Shown here: positions 54,544 to 63,772 of the stretch, piece after piece | Layout: each line of letters starts with the position of its first letter | Numbering within the stretch: the first letter of the stretch is position 1 | Assembly: GCA_900317285.1 (NCBI GenBank) | Contig: ONGA01000011.1 | Span: 4,107 to 68,106, forward strand | Direction: 5' to 3' | DNA length: 64,000 nucleotides | From: an uncultured Bacteroidales bacterium | GTDB lineage: Bacteria; Bacteroidota; Bacteroidia; Bacteroidales; P3 | Notes under the pieces: generated by a model | What the model saw: only the letters and a program-made list of their open reading frames with translations | What the model was told of the DNA's origin: nothing | The model's database searches: none | Translations under genes and position numbers: made by a program

Positions 54544-55740
54544 ATGAAAAGTATAAAAGATATCAACTTCGCAGGCCGCAAAGTCCTGCTTCGTGTGGAC
54601 TTCAATGTCCCCATGAACGACCAGAAGCAGATTACCGACGACACCCGCATGCGCGAGTCGATGCCCACCATCGAGAAACTTCTCAAGGACGGTGCCGCCA
54701 TCATCATCATGGCCCACTTCGGCCGTCCCAAGAAAGGCGGCTTCGAGCCCGAACTCACCCTCGAGCCCGTCGCCAAATACCTCGAGACCCTCGTCAACCG
54801 TCCCGTCAAGTTCACCCAGGAGCTTCTCGGCAGCGGCAAGCCCGAACAGATGGCTAAAGAGCTGAAGAGCGGCGAAGTGATGCTCCTCGAGAACATCCGC
54901 TTCTATCCCGAAGAGACCAAAGGTGGCGAGGACCTCGCACGCCAGCTCGCCGCCCTTGGCGACTGCTACATCAACGACGCCTTCGGCGCCGCCCACCGCG
55001 AGCATTCCTCCACCGCCGTCATCGCTCGCTTCTTCCCCAACGACAAGTATTTCGGCTTCCTTATGGAGAACGAGGTGCGCAACCTCGAGAAGCTCATGCA
55101 GAATCCCCCGCGCCCCTTCACCGCCATCATCGGCGGCAGCAAGGTCAGCAGCAAGATCGGCATCCTTGAGAACCTCCTCGACAAGGTCGACAACATGATT
55201 ATCATCGGCGGCATGCGCTACACCTTCACCAAGGCCCTCGGCGGCAAGATCGGCAACTCCATCTGCGAGGACGACAAGCTCGACCTCGCCCGCGAGCTCA
55301 TGCGCCGCATGGACGAGAAGGGTGTCAAGTACTACCTCCCCGTCGACAGCGTCATCGGCGACAAGTTCGGCAACGACGCCAACACCAAGATTGTCCCCTC
55401 CGGCGAAGTGCCCGACGGCTGGGAGAGCATGGACTGCGGCCCCGAGAGCTGCAAGGCCATCCACGAAATCGTCATGAACTCCAAGACCATCCTCTGGAAC
55501 GGCCCCGCCGGCGTCTTCGAGCTCGAGACCTTCGCCAAAGGCACCAAGGCCATCGCCCAGAGCGTCGCCGAGAGCTGCAAGAAAGGCTGCTTCGCGGCCG
55601 TCGGTGGCGGCGACAGCGTGGCTGCCGTCAAGCTGATGCACCTCGCCGACCAGATGAGCTACGTCTCCACCGGTGGCGGCGCCATGCTCGAATACCTCGA
55701 AGGCAAAGTCCTCCCCGGCATCAAAGCCATCCAGGACTAA
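54544..55740 (+). CDS. pgk: phosphoglycerate kinase
   Basis: 398 aa. VLLRVDFNVP, IIGGSKVSSKI, VSTGGGA motifs. Confidence 0.97.
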   Translation: MKSIKDINFAGRKVLLRVDFNVPMNDQKQITDDTRMRESMPTIEKLLKDGAAIIIMAHFGRPKKGGFEPELTLEPVAKYLETLVNRPVKFTQELLGSGKPEQMAKELKSGEVMLLENIRFYPEETKGGEDLARQLAALGDCYINDAFGAAHREHSSTAVIARFFPNDKYFGFLMENEVRNLEKLMQNPPRPFTAIIGGSKVSSKIGILENLLDKVDNMIIIGGMRYTFTKALGGKIGNSICEDDKLDLARELMRRMDEKGVKYYLPVDSVIGDKFGNDANTKIVPSGEVPDGWESMDCGPESCKAIHEIVMNSKTILWNGPAGVFELETFAKGTKAIAQSVAESCKKGCFAAVGGGDSVAAVKLMHLADQMSYVSTGGGAMLEYLEGKVLPGIKAIQD

Positions 55741-55763
55741 TTCCCAACGGCGAAAAACCATCC

Positions 55764-55794
55764 AAGGCAGGGCTCCAAGCCCTGCCTTTTTTTA
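55764..55794 (+). terminator. intrinsic terminator of pgk
   Basis: AAGGCAGGGC tccaa GCCCTGCCTT followed by a T7 run. Confidence 0.85.
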
Positions 55795-55800
55795 TCCTGA

Positions 55801-55925
55801 AATCCCTCCTCTGTCCCCCTCCCATGACATAGGCAAATCATAGGAGCGACATAGGAGAGACATACTATCATCCATAGACCTACCATAGAGTTACCATAGA
55901 GGTACCATAGACCTAGCATAGAGTT
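55801..55925. repeat. C-rich block (reverse complement GGGAGGGGGACAGAGGAGGG) followed by CATAGGAG / CCATAGA word-stutter
   Basis: ...gacataggcaaatcataggagcgacataggagagacat...ccatagacctaccatagagttaccatagaggtaccatagacctagcatagag. Shares words with 25085-25108 and 41141-41230. Confidence 0.7.
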
Positions 55926-56054
55926 AGCGGCTATAGTTTTCTGTGAATTAAAGGAATGTATTGTTTTGAAAATCAGTGCTGTTTGTGATTATCTGTCTGA
56001 TAATCAGCTTCTATTTCGATTTTCTCATGGATTCCTCATCCTGTTTTGCACTTG

Positions 56055-56062
56055 CAAAGGTA
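56055..56062 (-). promoter_or_regulatory. orphan minus-strand -7 promoter box (TACCTTTG in the full TTCGTACCTTTGCA context) with no downstream CDS
   Basis: cttgcaaaggtacgaag. It points into the 55796-56050 non-coding repeat region. Confidence 0.35.
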
Positions 56063-56090
56063 CGAAGATTTTTGTGACTGTTTTGTCCTT

Positions 56091-56126
56091 TAACTACTTT
56101 TAACTACCCTTAACTACTTTAACTGC
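56091..56126. repeat. 10-bp TAACTACNNN stutter repeat
   Basis: taactacttttaactacccttaactactttaactgc. Confidence 0.75.
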
Positions 56127-56148
56127 TTTGTTTACGGGAAAAAAGTTG

Positions 56149-56156
56149 TATTTTTG
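56149..56156 (+). promoter_or_regulatory. -7 promoter box (TATTTTTG) for truA
   Basis: gttgtatttttgcatt, 11 nt upstream of ATG 56167. Confidence 0.5.
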
Positions 56157-56166
56157 CATTTGTTTT

Positions 56167-56907
56167 ATGGGACGATATTTTATACATTTGGCTTATAACG
56201 GAGGGTGTTATCACGGCTGGCAGACGCAGCCGGGGCTTCCGACGGTGCAGGAGACTTTGGAGGGTGCGTTGTCGACGCTGCTGCGCGAACCCATCGCCGT
56301 GGTGGGCTGCGGCCGCACGGACACGGGTGTGCACGCGAGCGATTTCTATGCGCACTTCGATGTTAATTCGGAATTAGGAATTAGGAATTCGGAATTGGTT
56401 TTTAAACTGAATTCGTTTCTTCCTCCGGATATTGTGATTTTTGACATTTTCCCCGTGGCGGAGAATGCGCACGCGCGTTTCGACGCGGTGGCGAGGACGT
56501 ACCAGTATCATGTGAGTGACCGACGGCTGCCGTTCCGCCAGGGGCAGTACTGCCGCATTTATTTCGTGCCCGACATCGGGCGGATGAACGAGGCGGCGCG
56601 GGTGCTGATGGAGTACGAGGATTTCACGTCGTTTGCGAAGCTTCACACGCAGGTGAAGACGAATATCTGCCACCTGAGCCGTTCGGAGTGGACGGAGGAG
56701 GAGGGCGGATGGGTGTTCACGATCCGCAGCAACCGCTTCCTGAGGAATATGGTGCGCAGTGTGACGGGCACGCTGCTTGAGGTGGGTCGCGGGAAGCTGG
56801 ACATCGCGGGTTTGCGCGAGATTGTGGAGAAGAAGGACCGCTGTGCGGCGGGTGTGAGTATGCCGGCCTGCGGCCTGTTCCTGACCAAGGTGGAATACCC
56901 CGGATGA
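56167..56907 (+). CDS. truA: tRNA pseudouridine(38-40) synthase TruA
   Basis: Start MGRYFIHLAYNGGCYHGWQTQPG. GCGRTDTGVHA catalytic Asp motif. Confidence 0.93.
   Translation: MGRYFIHLAYNGGCYHGWQTQPGLPTVQETLEGALSTLLREPIAVVGCGRTDTGVHASDFYAHFDVNSELGIRNSELVFKLNSFLPPDIVIFDIFPVAENAHARFDAVARTYQYHVSDRRLPFRQGQYCRIYFVPDIGRMNEAARVLMEYEDFTSFAKLHTQVKTNICHLSRSEWTEEEGGWVFTIRSNRFLRNMVRSVTGTLLEVGRGKLDIAGLREIVEKKDRCAAGVSMPACGLFLTKVEYPG
56365..56398. repeat. GGAATTN stutter in frame inside truA
   Basis: aattcggaattaggaattaggaattcggaattgg encodes NSELGIRNSEL. Confidence 0.75.
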
Positions 56908-56930
56908 ACTAAGAAGTAAGAACTAAGAAT
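56907..56930. repeat. 7-bp AAGAACT-type stutter filling the truA-prmA spacer
   Basis: aactaagaagtaagaactaagaat. Shares GTAAGAACTAAGA with 271-308. Confidence 0.75.
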
Positions 56931-56931
56931 T

Positions 56932-57795
56932 ATGAAGTATATTGAGGTTTGTTTTACGATGGATGATACCGGCCTGTTCCGCGATTTGCTGGTGGACACG
57001 TTGGGCAACGAGGGTCCCTACGAGAGTTTCGTGGAGACGAAGGAGGGACTGAAGGCTTATGTGCCTGTGGACCTTTTCGATGAGACCTGGCTCCGGCAGC
57101 AGATGCAAGAGCTCCGCGACCAATTCCCAATTTTCAATTCTCAATTCTCAATTCAGGAGATGCCGGACAAGAATTGGAACGAGGAGTGGGAGAAGGGCCA
57201 TCAGGCTGTGCTGGTGGAGTATGAGGGCGGCAGCGTATGGGTGCGTGCGCCGTTCCATCCGCATCGCGAGGATGTGGACTACGAGCTGATTATCGAGCCG
57301 AAAATGAGTTTCGGCACTGCGCATCACCCCACGACCTACATGATGCTGAGCTATGTGGCGGAGTTGGATATGCAGGGCAGGCGCGTGCTGGACATGGGCT
57401 GCGGCACCGCGGTGCTGGGCATTCTGGCGAAGATGCGCGGAGCGGAGTATGTGGAGGGTGTTGACATCGACGAGTGGGCCTTCAATAATGCGCGCGAGAA
57501 CGCGGCGTCGAACGGTGTGGAGATTGCGCTGAAGCTGGGTGACGCCTCTTCTTTGCAGGGCTGTTTTGACGTTGTGATTGCGAATATCAACCGCAATATC
57601 CTGCTGAACGATATGGGGCGTTATGCTGCCGTGCTCAACGCAGGCGGCACGCTGCTGCTGAGCGGTTTCTACGAGGCCGACGAGGCGGCGCTGGTGGCCC
57701 GTGCGGGTGAGCTGGGGATGACGTTGGAGGGAAGGAAGAGCCGCGACGGCTGGTCGGCGCTTTGTTTAAAACTCAATCAGAACAAAAAGAACTAA
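56932..57795 (+). CDS. prmA: ribosomal protein L11 methyltransferase
   Basis: 287 aa. DKNWNEEWEK. SAM motif VLDMGCGTAVLG. Confidence 0.92.
   Translation: MKYIEVCFTMDDTGLFRDLLVDTLGNEGPYESFVETKEGLKAYVPVDLFDETWLRQQMQELRDQFPIFNSQFSIQEMPDKNWNEEWEKGHQAVLVEYEGGSVWVRAPFHPHREDVDYELIIEPKMSFGTAHHPTTYMMLSYVAELDMQGRRVLDMGCGTAVLGILAKMRGAEYVEGVDIDEWAFNNARENAASNGVEIALKLGDASSLQGCFDVVIANINRNILLNDMGRYAAVLNAGGTLLLSGFYEADEAALVARAGELGMTLEGRKSRDGWSALCLKLNQNKKN
57121..57153. repeat. TCAATTC heptamer stutter in frame inside prmA
   Basis: caattcccaattttcaattctcaattctcaattc encodes QFPIFNSQFSIQ. Confidence 0.8.
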
Positions 57796-57829
57796 AAAGA
57801 AATTCTGATGGTTCTGATAGTTCTGATTG
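57775..57829. repeat. palindromic ATCAGAAC element, second copy; supplies the last 7 codons and the stop of prmA
   Basis: caatcagaacaaaaagaactaaaaagaaattctgatggttctgatagttctgattg. Compare 13079-13149. Confidence 0.8.
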
Positions 57830-57845
57830 AGATAAATAAAGAATT

Positions 57846-59645
57846 ATGATAGTTTGTATAGCGGAGAAGCCGAGTGTGGCGAAGGAGATAGCGAAGGTGT
57901 TGGGTGCCAATGCCTCGCACGACGGTTATATGGAGGGCAACGGCTACCAGGTGACGTGGACGTTCGGCCATCTGTGCACGCTGAAGGAGCCGCAGGACTA
58001 TTGTGAGCAGTGGAAGCGGTGGAGCCTGGGTGCGTTGCCGATGATTCCGCCGCGGTTCGGCATCAAGCTGATTGACAACCAGGGTTACGAGAAGCAGTTC
58101 AAGACGATAGAGCGGCTGATGCAGGCTGCCGAAGGGATTATCAACTGCGGCGATGCGGGCCAGGAGGGTGAGTTGATTCAGCGGTGGGTGATGCAGAAGG
58201 CGAGGGCGAAGTGCCCTGTGCAGCGCCTATGGGTGTCGAGTCTGACGGAGGAGGCCATCCGCGAGGCTTTTTCGCAGCTGAAGCCGCAGGAGGAGTACCA
58301 GAGCCTGTACGAGGCGGGATTGTGCCGAGCGATAGGCGACTGGCTGCTGGGTATGAACGCCACGCGGCTGTATACCATCAAGTACCGTCGCGACCCGCGG
58401 CAGGTGCTGAGTATCGGGCGCGTGCAGACGCCGACGCTGGCGATGATTGTGAAGCGCTATTTCGAGATCAAGGATTTCAAGCCCGAGAAGTACTGGGTGC
58501 TTTCGACGGTCTACCGCGGGGTGACGTTCAATTCCACCAAGGGCAAGATTAAGGATCCCAAGGCTTTCAGTGACCTCAAGGCATTGAAGGAGAAGGATTT
58601 CGAGGTGACGAGTGTGGAGCAGAAGGCAGGGACGGAGGCGCCGCCGCGGTTGTTCGACCTGACGAGCCTGCAGGTGGAGTGCAACAAGAAGTATTCCTTC
58701 TCGGCCGACGACACGCTGAAGCACATCCAGAGCCTGTATGAGAAGAAGCTGACGACCTATCCGCGCGTGGACACCACGTATCTCTCGGATGATATCTATC
58801 CCAAGTGCCCCGGGATTCTGCAGGGCATACGTCCCTATGCGCCGCTGATCCAGCCGCTGATGGGTAAGAGGCTGAAGAAGAGCAAGAAGGTGTTCGACAG
58901 CTCGAAGGTGACGGACCACCACGCCATCATTCCCACGGGGACGGATCCGAGCACGGTGGCTATCTCGCTTGACGAGAAGCGTGTGTACGACATGGTGGCG
59001 CGGAGGTTCATCGCGGTGTTTTATCCCGATTGCAAGTTTTCGACCACGACGGTGATGGGTGCGGTGGAGAAGATTGAGTTCAAAGTCACGGGCAAGCAGA
59101 TTCTCGATGAGGGCTGGAGGATAGTCTTCGGAGGGAAGTCGGACCAGCCTGACGAGGGAGAGAAGAGTGACGACAAGGAGCAGTCGCTGCCAGCCTTCGA
59201 GAAGGGTGAGCATGGTCCCCATGAGCCGATGCTGACGGAGAAGCAGACCACGCCGCCGAAGCCGTATACGGAGGCCACGCTGCTGCGTGCAATGGAGACA
59301 GCAGGCAAGACGGTGGAGGACGAGGAGCTGCGCGACGCGATGAAGGCTAACGGCATCGGTCGTCCCTCGACGCGTGCCGCAATTATCGAGACATTGTATA
59401 AACGCAATTATATCAGCAAGGTGCGCAAGAGTCTGGAGCCTACGGCCACGGGTATTGCCCTTATCGGCGTGATTCAGGAGGAACTGCTGAAGAGTGCCGA
59501 GCTTACGGGACAGTGGGAGAAGAAGTTGCGCGACATCGAGGCGCACAAGTACGACTCGCGCCAGTTCATCGAGGAGCTGAAACAGATGGTGGCGCAGATT
59601 GTGCAGGAGGTTATGTCGGACGGCACGCGCCGGATGGCGTATTGA
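57846..59645 (+). CDS. topB: type IA DNA topoisomerase (topoisomerase III-like)
   Basis: 599 aa. Toprim MIVCIAEKPSVAKEIA. GRVQTPTL. Active-site region. Confidence 0.88.
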   Translation: MIVCIAEKPSVAKEIAKVLGANASHDGYMEGNGYQVTWTFGHLCTLKEPQDYCEQWKRWSLGALPMIPPRFGIKLIDNQGYEKQFKTIERLMQAAEGIINCGDAGQEGELIQRWVMQKARAKCPVQRLWVSSLTEEAIREAFSQLKPQEEYQSLYEAGLCRAIGDWLLGMNATRLYTIKYRRDPRQVLSIGRVQTPTLAMIVKRYFEIKDFKPEKYWVLSTVYRGVTFNSTKGKIKDPKAFSDLKALKEKDFEVTSVEQKAGTEAPPRLFDLTSLQVECNKKYSFSADDTLKHIQSLYEKKLTTYPRVDTTYLSDDIYPKCPGILQGIRPYAPLIQPLMGKRLKKSKKVFDSSKVTDHHAIIPTGTDPSTVAISLDEKRVYDMVARRFIAVFYPDCKFSTTTVMGAVEKIEFKVTGKQILDEGWRIVFGGKSDQPDEGEKSDDKEQSLPAFEKGEHGPHEPMLTEKQTTPPKPYTEATLLRAMETAGKTVEDEELRDAMKANGIGRPSTRAAIIETLYKRNYISKVRKSLEPTATGIALIGVIQEELLKSAELTGQWEKKLRDIEAHKYDSRQFIEELKQMVAQIVQEVMSDGTRRMAY

Positions 59646-59698
59646 TTTTATTTTCGTATCGTAAATAATATTTTATTGGGAGTTGCGTTATAAAGGGC

Positions 59699-60370
59699 AT
59701 GATTGCAGAGAACATAGCTAGGATTAGCGCCTCGTTGCCTTCGGGGACGCGCCTCGTTGCCGTCTCGAAACTGAAGCCGGTGGACGATATCACGGAGGCT
59801 TACAATGCAGGTCAGCGCCTTTTCGGCGAGAACTACGCCACGGAGTTGCGTGACAAGGCTGCCGTGCTGCCCCAAGATATCCAGTGGCATTTCATCGGTC
59901 ACCTGCAAAGCAAGCAGCTGAAGTATTACATCCCGTTTGTGAGCATGATCCACGGGGTGGACAGCCTGGAGCATCTGGAGGATGTTGAGAAGGCTGCCGC
60001 CAAGGTGGGGCGTGTGGTGGATGTGCTGCTGCAGGTGCATGTGGCGCAGGAGGAGACGAAGTTCGGCTTCCTGCCGGAAGAGCTGGAGAATCTAGATTGT
60101 CTAGAGAATCTGGAGCATACTAGAATTTGTGGTGTCATGGGTATGGCGTCTCACACCGACGACGAGGCTCGTGTGCGTGCCGACTTCCGAGCCATCCGTT
60201 CCATTTTTGATCGCCTCAAGGCCGGTCCCTTTGCCGACCATCCCGAGTTCAAGGAGGTCTCCATGGGCATGAGCCACGACTGGCATATCGCCGTGGAGGA
60301 GGGGAGTACCCTTGTCCGCATCGGCAGCAGTATTTTCGGTCCCCGCGACTATTCAAAAGTTAAAAATTAA
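59699..60370 (+). CDS. yggS: YggS-family pyridoxal phosphate homeostasis protein
   Basis: 223 aa. LVAVSKLKP, HFIGHLQSKQ, LSMGMSHD. Confidence 0.9.
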   Translation: MIAENIARISASLPSGTRLVAVSKLKPVDDITEAYNAGQRLFGENYATELRDKAAVLPQDIQWHFIGHLQSKQLKYYIPFVSMIHGVDSLEHLEDVEKAAAKVGRVVDVLLQVHVAQEETKFGFLPEELENLDCLENLEHTRICGVMGMASHTDDEARVRADFRAIRSIFDRLKAGPFADHPEFKEVSMGMSHDWHIAVEEGSTLVRIGSSIFGPRDYSKVKN

Positions 60371-60375
60371 GTGTT

Positions 60376-61272
60376 ATGCAGATTTTCAAGAACAGTAAGC
60401 AGATTGTCATGTCCTACGTCATCATCACGTTGGGACTGATGATTTATACTTTCGGCTGGTCGGCGTTCATGCTTCCGGCACGGATTGTCGGCGGCGGCGT
60501 CAGCGGTCTTTCCGCCATCCTCTATTATGCTGTGGGTATCCACATCCCCATCGGTATCTTGAACCTGGTGTTCAACGGCATCCTGGTGACTATCGGCTTC
60601 AAGATACTGGGCTCGAAGTTTGGCGCCAACACCATCTACGGCATCATCATGTCGTCGGTGTTCTTCATCATGTGGCAGCAGGGACTGCAGGTGGACCGCC
60701 TCTTCCAGAATCCCGACGGCACGATGCAGTTCGACCCCTTCATGTGCGCCATTATCGGTGGTGCCCTCTGCGGTTTGGGTATCGGACTGAGCTTCATCAT
60801 GGGTGGCAATACGGGTGGCACCGACATCATTGCCTTGATTGTCACTAAGTATTATAATATTTCACCCGGTCGTGTGATTATGCTCATCGACATTGTCATT
60901 GTGGGCTGCTCCTATTTTGTCTCCGGCAAGCTGGGCAATGTGGTCTACGGTTATGTGGTCATGGGCGTGATGACCTATGTGCTCGACATGGTGCTCGACG
61001 GCAACAAGCAGAGTTACCAGATCATGGTATTCTCGTTGAAGAACGCCGAGATTGGCGAGGCGGTTACCAAGGAGGTGGGTCGCGGCGCCACGCTGCTCGA
61101 TGCCGAGGGATGCTACACCAAGCAGGGGCAGAAGGTGCTCCTGATGATGGTGCACCGCACCGACAAGGCCCATGTCATGCAGATTATCCACCGCCTCGAC
61201 GAGAACGCCTTCATTTCCGTCAGCAAGGCACAGGGCGTCTATGGTAAAAACTTCGAAAAACTGAAATTATGA
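60376..61272 (+). CDS. YitT-family membrane protein (DUF2179 C-terminal domain)
   Basis: 298 aa. 5-6 TM segments. C-terminal ...ISVSKAQGVYG. Confidence 0.8.
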   Translation: MQIFKNSKQIVMSYVIITLGLMIYTFGWSAFMLPARIVGGGVSGLSAILYYAVGIHIPIGILNLVFNGILVTIGFKILGSKFGANTIYGIIMSSVFFIMWQQGLQVDRLFQNPDGTMQFDPFMCAIIGGALCGLGIGLSFIMGGNTGGTDIIALIVTKYYNISPGRVIMLIDIVIVGCSYFVSGKLGNVVYGYVVMGVMTYVLDMVLDGNKQSYQIMVFSLKNAEIGEAVTKEVGRGATLLDAEGCYTKQGQKVLLMMVHRTDKAHVMQIIHRLDENAFISVSKAQGVYGKNFEKLKL

Positions 61273-61913
61273 AACTGATATCCCCTTCGTTGTTAAGTGC
61301 CGATTTCGGCAATCTCCAGCGCGACATCGAGATGCTCAACGCCAGCGAGTGCGACTGGCTGCATGTCGACGTCATGGACGGCATCTTCGTTCCCAACATT
61401 TCCTTCGGTCAGCCGATTGTGAAGCATATCAAGAAGCACGCGCAGAAACCTCTCGACGTGCACCTGATGATTATGGATCCCGGCCGTTATGTCAATGATT
61501 TTAAGGAGGCGGGTGCCGACATCCTCACGGTCCATTATGAGGCTTGCACCCATCTCGACCGCACCATTCATGCCATCCATGATGCGGGTATGAAGGCCGG
61601 CGTGGTGCTCAACCCCCATACCGCCGTGTGCCTGCTTGAGGATATCATCCAGGAGTGTGACATGGTGCTGCTGATGAGTGTCAACCCCGGTTTCGGCGGC
61701 CAGAAGTTCATCGAGAACACCTATAACAAGGTGCGTCAGCTGCGTGAGCTCTGCAACCGCAAGAATCCGCAGTGCCTCATTGAGGTCGACGGCGGTGTCA
61801 ACCTGCAGAACGCTCCCTTGCTTTTCGAGGCCGGTGCCGATGTCCTTGTAGCCGGCAATGCCGTCTTCAAGAGCGAGAACCCGCAGAAGACAATCCACGA
61901 CATGAAACAATGA
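61269..61913 (+). CDS. rpe: ribulose-phosphate 3-epimerase
   Basis: 214 aa. LHVDVMDGIFVPN, VNPGFGGQKFI. Confidence 0.95.
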   Translation: MKLISPSLLSADFGNLQRDIEMLNASECDWLHVDVMDGIFVPNISFGQPIVKHIKKHAQKPLDVHLMIMDPGRYVNDFKEAGADILTVHYEACTHLDRTIHAIHDAGMKAGVVLNPHTAVCLLEDIIQECDMVLLMSVNPGFGGQKFIENTYNKVRQLRELCNRKNPQCLIEVDGGVNLQNAPLLFEAGADVLVAGNAVFKSENPQKTIHDMKQ

Positions 61914-63127
61914 AGCGTCCACAACTTATCATAGCTCCTGGCAAGGAGAAAGCCATCCTCCGCCGCCATCCGTGGATATTCTCGGGTGCAGTCAAACGCA
62001 TCGTGGGTGAGCCCCAGGAGGGTGACCTCGTTGATGTTGTCGACGCCCGTGGGCAGTGGCTTGCCGCCGGTCACTATCAGGATGAGAGCATCATCTGCAA
62101 GGTGCTCAGTTTTGATACCCCGCAGATTGACGACGATTTCTTTCGTCAGCGTCTCGCCTCTGCTATCGCTTACCGTCAGAGCCTCGGTTTTTTCGACTAC
62201 TTGAATCCAAATTGTAAGATTTCCAATTCGGAACTGACCAATGTCTTCAGGCTGGTTCATGCCGAAGGCGACTATCTGCCGGGTCTGGTGTGCGACTGGT
62301 ACAACGGAATCCTTGTGATGCAGGCTCATTCCGTGGGTACGCACCGCTTGTTCCCCTCGTTTACAAAGTTTTTCCGCGACTTTTTCGGTGACTGTCTGAA
62401 GGCTGTCTTCGACAAGAGTGGCGCTACGGTGCCCGGTGGAAGCCAAGACGGTTACCTCTGGGGCATCATGCCTCTGGAACACGAGATTGTCGAGAACGGA
62501 GTCAAAATGCTTATCAATTTCTTTGAAGGTCAGAAGACGGGCTTCTTCATCGACCAGCGCGAGAACCGCAAGTTAGTGCAGGAGTTGGCCTTTGAACGTC
62601 GCGTACTCAATTGTTTCGGCTACACCGGAGGCTTCTCCCTCGCCGCCCTTCAAGGTGGTGCGCAATATGTCGAGACCGTCGACATCTCTAAGAAAGCCAT
62701 CGAACTCTGCAACCGCAATGTGGAAATGAATTTCCCCGGTTGTAGCAACCACACAGGCACCGTCGCCGATGTGTTGCAATACATTCAGACAATCAAGCAA
62801 ACAGGCAGTCAAGCATTCGATTTTATCATCCTCGACCCTCCCGCCTTTGCCAAAAACCACCGCACCCTCCAGCAGGGTCTCAAAGGCTACCGTGCCATCA
62901 ACCAGCGCGCTATGGAAGCGCTGCCTGCCGGCGGACTGCTGATGACCTTCAGCTGCAGCCAGGCTGTCAGCAAGGAGGACTTCCAGACCATGGTCTTCAC
63001 CGCAGCGATGAATGCCCACCGTCGTGTCCGCATCGTGCGCCAACTCCCCCACGCCATGGACCATCCCGTCTCCATCCACCATCCTGAGGGCGAATATTTA
63101 AAAGGACTCCTTTTACAAGTTGAATAA
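61910..63127 (+). CDS. rlmI: class I SAM-dependent 23S rRNA m5C methyltransferase (RlmI-like, PUA + MTase)
   Basis: 405 aa. GQKTGFFIDQREN, NCFGYTGGFS, ILDPPAF. Confidence 0.85.
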   Translation: MKRPQLIIAPGKEKAILRRHPWIFSGAVKRIVGEPQEGDLVDVVDARGQWLAAGHYQDESIICKVLSFDTPQIDDDFFRQRLASAIAYRQSLGFFDYLNPNCKISNSELTNVFRLVHAEGDYLPGLVCDWYNGILVMQAHSVGTHRLFPSFTKFFRDFFGDCLKAVFDKSGATVPGGSQDGYLWGIMPLEHEIVENGVKMLINFFEGQKTGFFIDQRENRKLVQELAFERRVLNCFGYTGGFSLAALQGGAQYVETVDISKKAIELCNRNVEMNFPGCSNHTGTVADVLQYIQTIKQTGSQAFDFIILDPPAFAKNHRTLQQGLKGYRAINQRAMEALPAGGLLMTFSCSQAVSKEDFQTMVFTAAMNAHRRVRIVRQLPHAMDHPVSIHHPEGEYLKGLLLQVE

Positions 63128-63148
63128 GAGAAACAATACTAATATAAC

Positions 63149-63754
63149 ATGGAATTAGGATACCAAAAAATAGACAAATACGACGAGCAGTGCGTGGCCG
63201 AGATGGCTGAGCACTACAAAGCGATACTTAAACTGCTGGGTGAAGACCCTGAGCGTGAAGGACTGGTCAAGAGTCCGGAGCGCATCTCCAAAGCTATGCT
63301 TTTCTTCACCGGCGGCTACGACCAGAACCCCGAAGAGATACTGCGTTCGGCAATGTTCCACGAGGACTACAAGCAGATGGTGGTCGTCAAAGACATAGAA
63401 CTCTACTCGCTCTGCGAGCACCACATGGTTCCCTTCGTCGGCAAGGCGCATGTGGCCTATATCCCTAACGGCACCATCGTTGGACTGAGCAAGATTCCTC
63501 GCGTCGTAGATGCCTATGCTCGCCGCCTTCAGGTGCAGGAACGCCTCACCAAGCAAATCAAGGACTGCATCCAAAACACGCTCAACCCCCTCGGCGTCGC
63601 TGTTGTTATCGAGGCGCAGCACATGTGCATGTCCATGCGTGGCGTGCAGAAGCAGAACAGCGTCACCACCACCTCCGATTTCACCGGTGCCTTCATGAAG
63701 GACCCCAAGACCCGTGAGGAATTCATGAACATCATCGGAGTGAACCTCCACTAA
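63149..63754 (+). CDS. folE: GTP cyclohydrolase I
   Basis: 201 aa. [22 protein letters not shown]. Confidence 0.95.
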   Translation: MELGYQKIDKYDEQCVAEMAEHYKAILKLLGEDPEREGLVKSPERISKAMLFFTGGYDQNPEEILRSAMFHEDYKQMVVVKDIELYSLCEHHMVPFVGKAHVAYIPNGTIVGLSKIPRVVDAYARRLQVQERLTKQIKDCIQNTLNPLGVAVVIEAQHMCMSMRGVQKQNSVTTTSDFTGAFMKDPKTREEFMNIIGVNLH

Positions 63755-63772
63755 TTTTAGCAGTTGAGACAA

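Noticed and set aside
35913-59546. Other long mirror ORFs: 35913..37811 -, 43294..44715 -, 48733..49815 -, 50244..51620 -, 51801..53366 -, 53446..55761 -, 58227..59546 -, 61293..61922 -, 63155..63826 -
   Set aside because: Each is antisense to a motif-supported gene and has shadow-type composition. Open antisense frames are the expected consequence of very high GC3.
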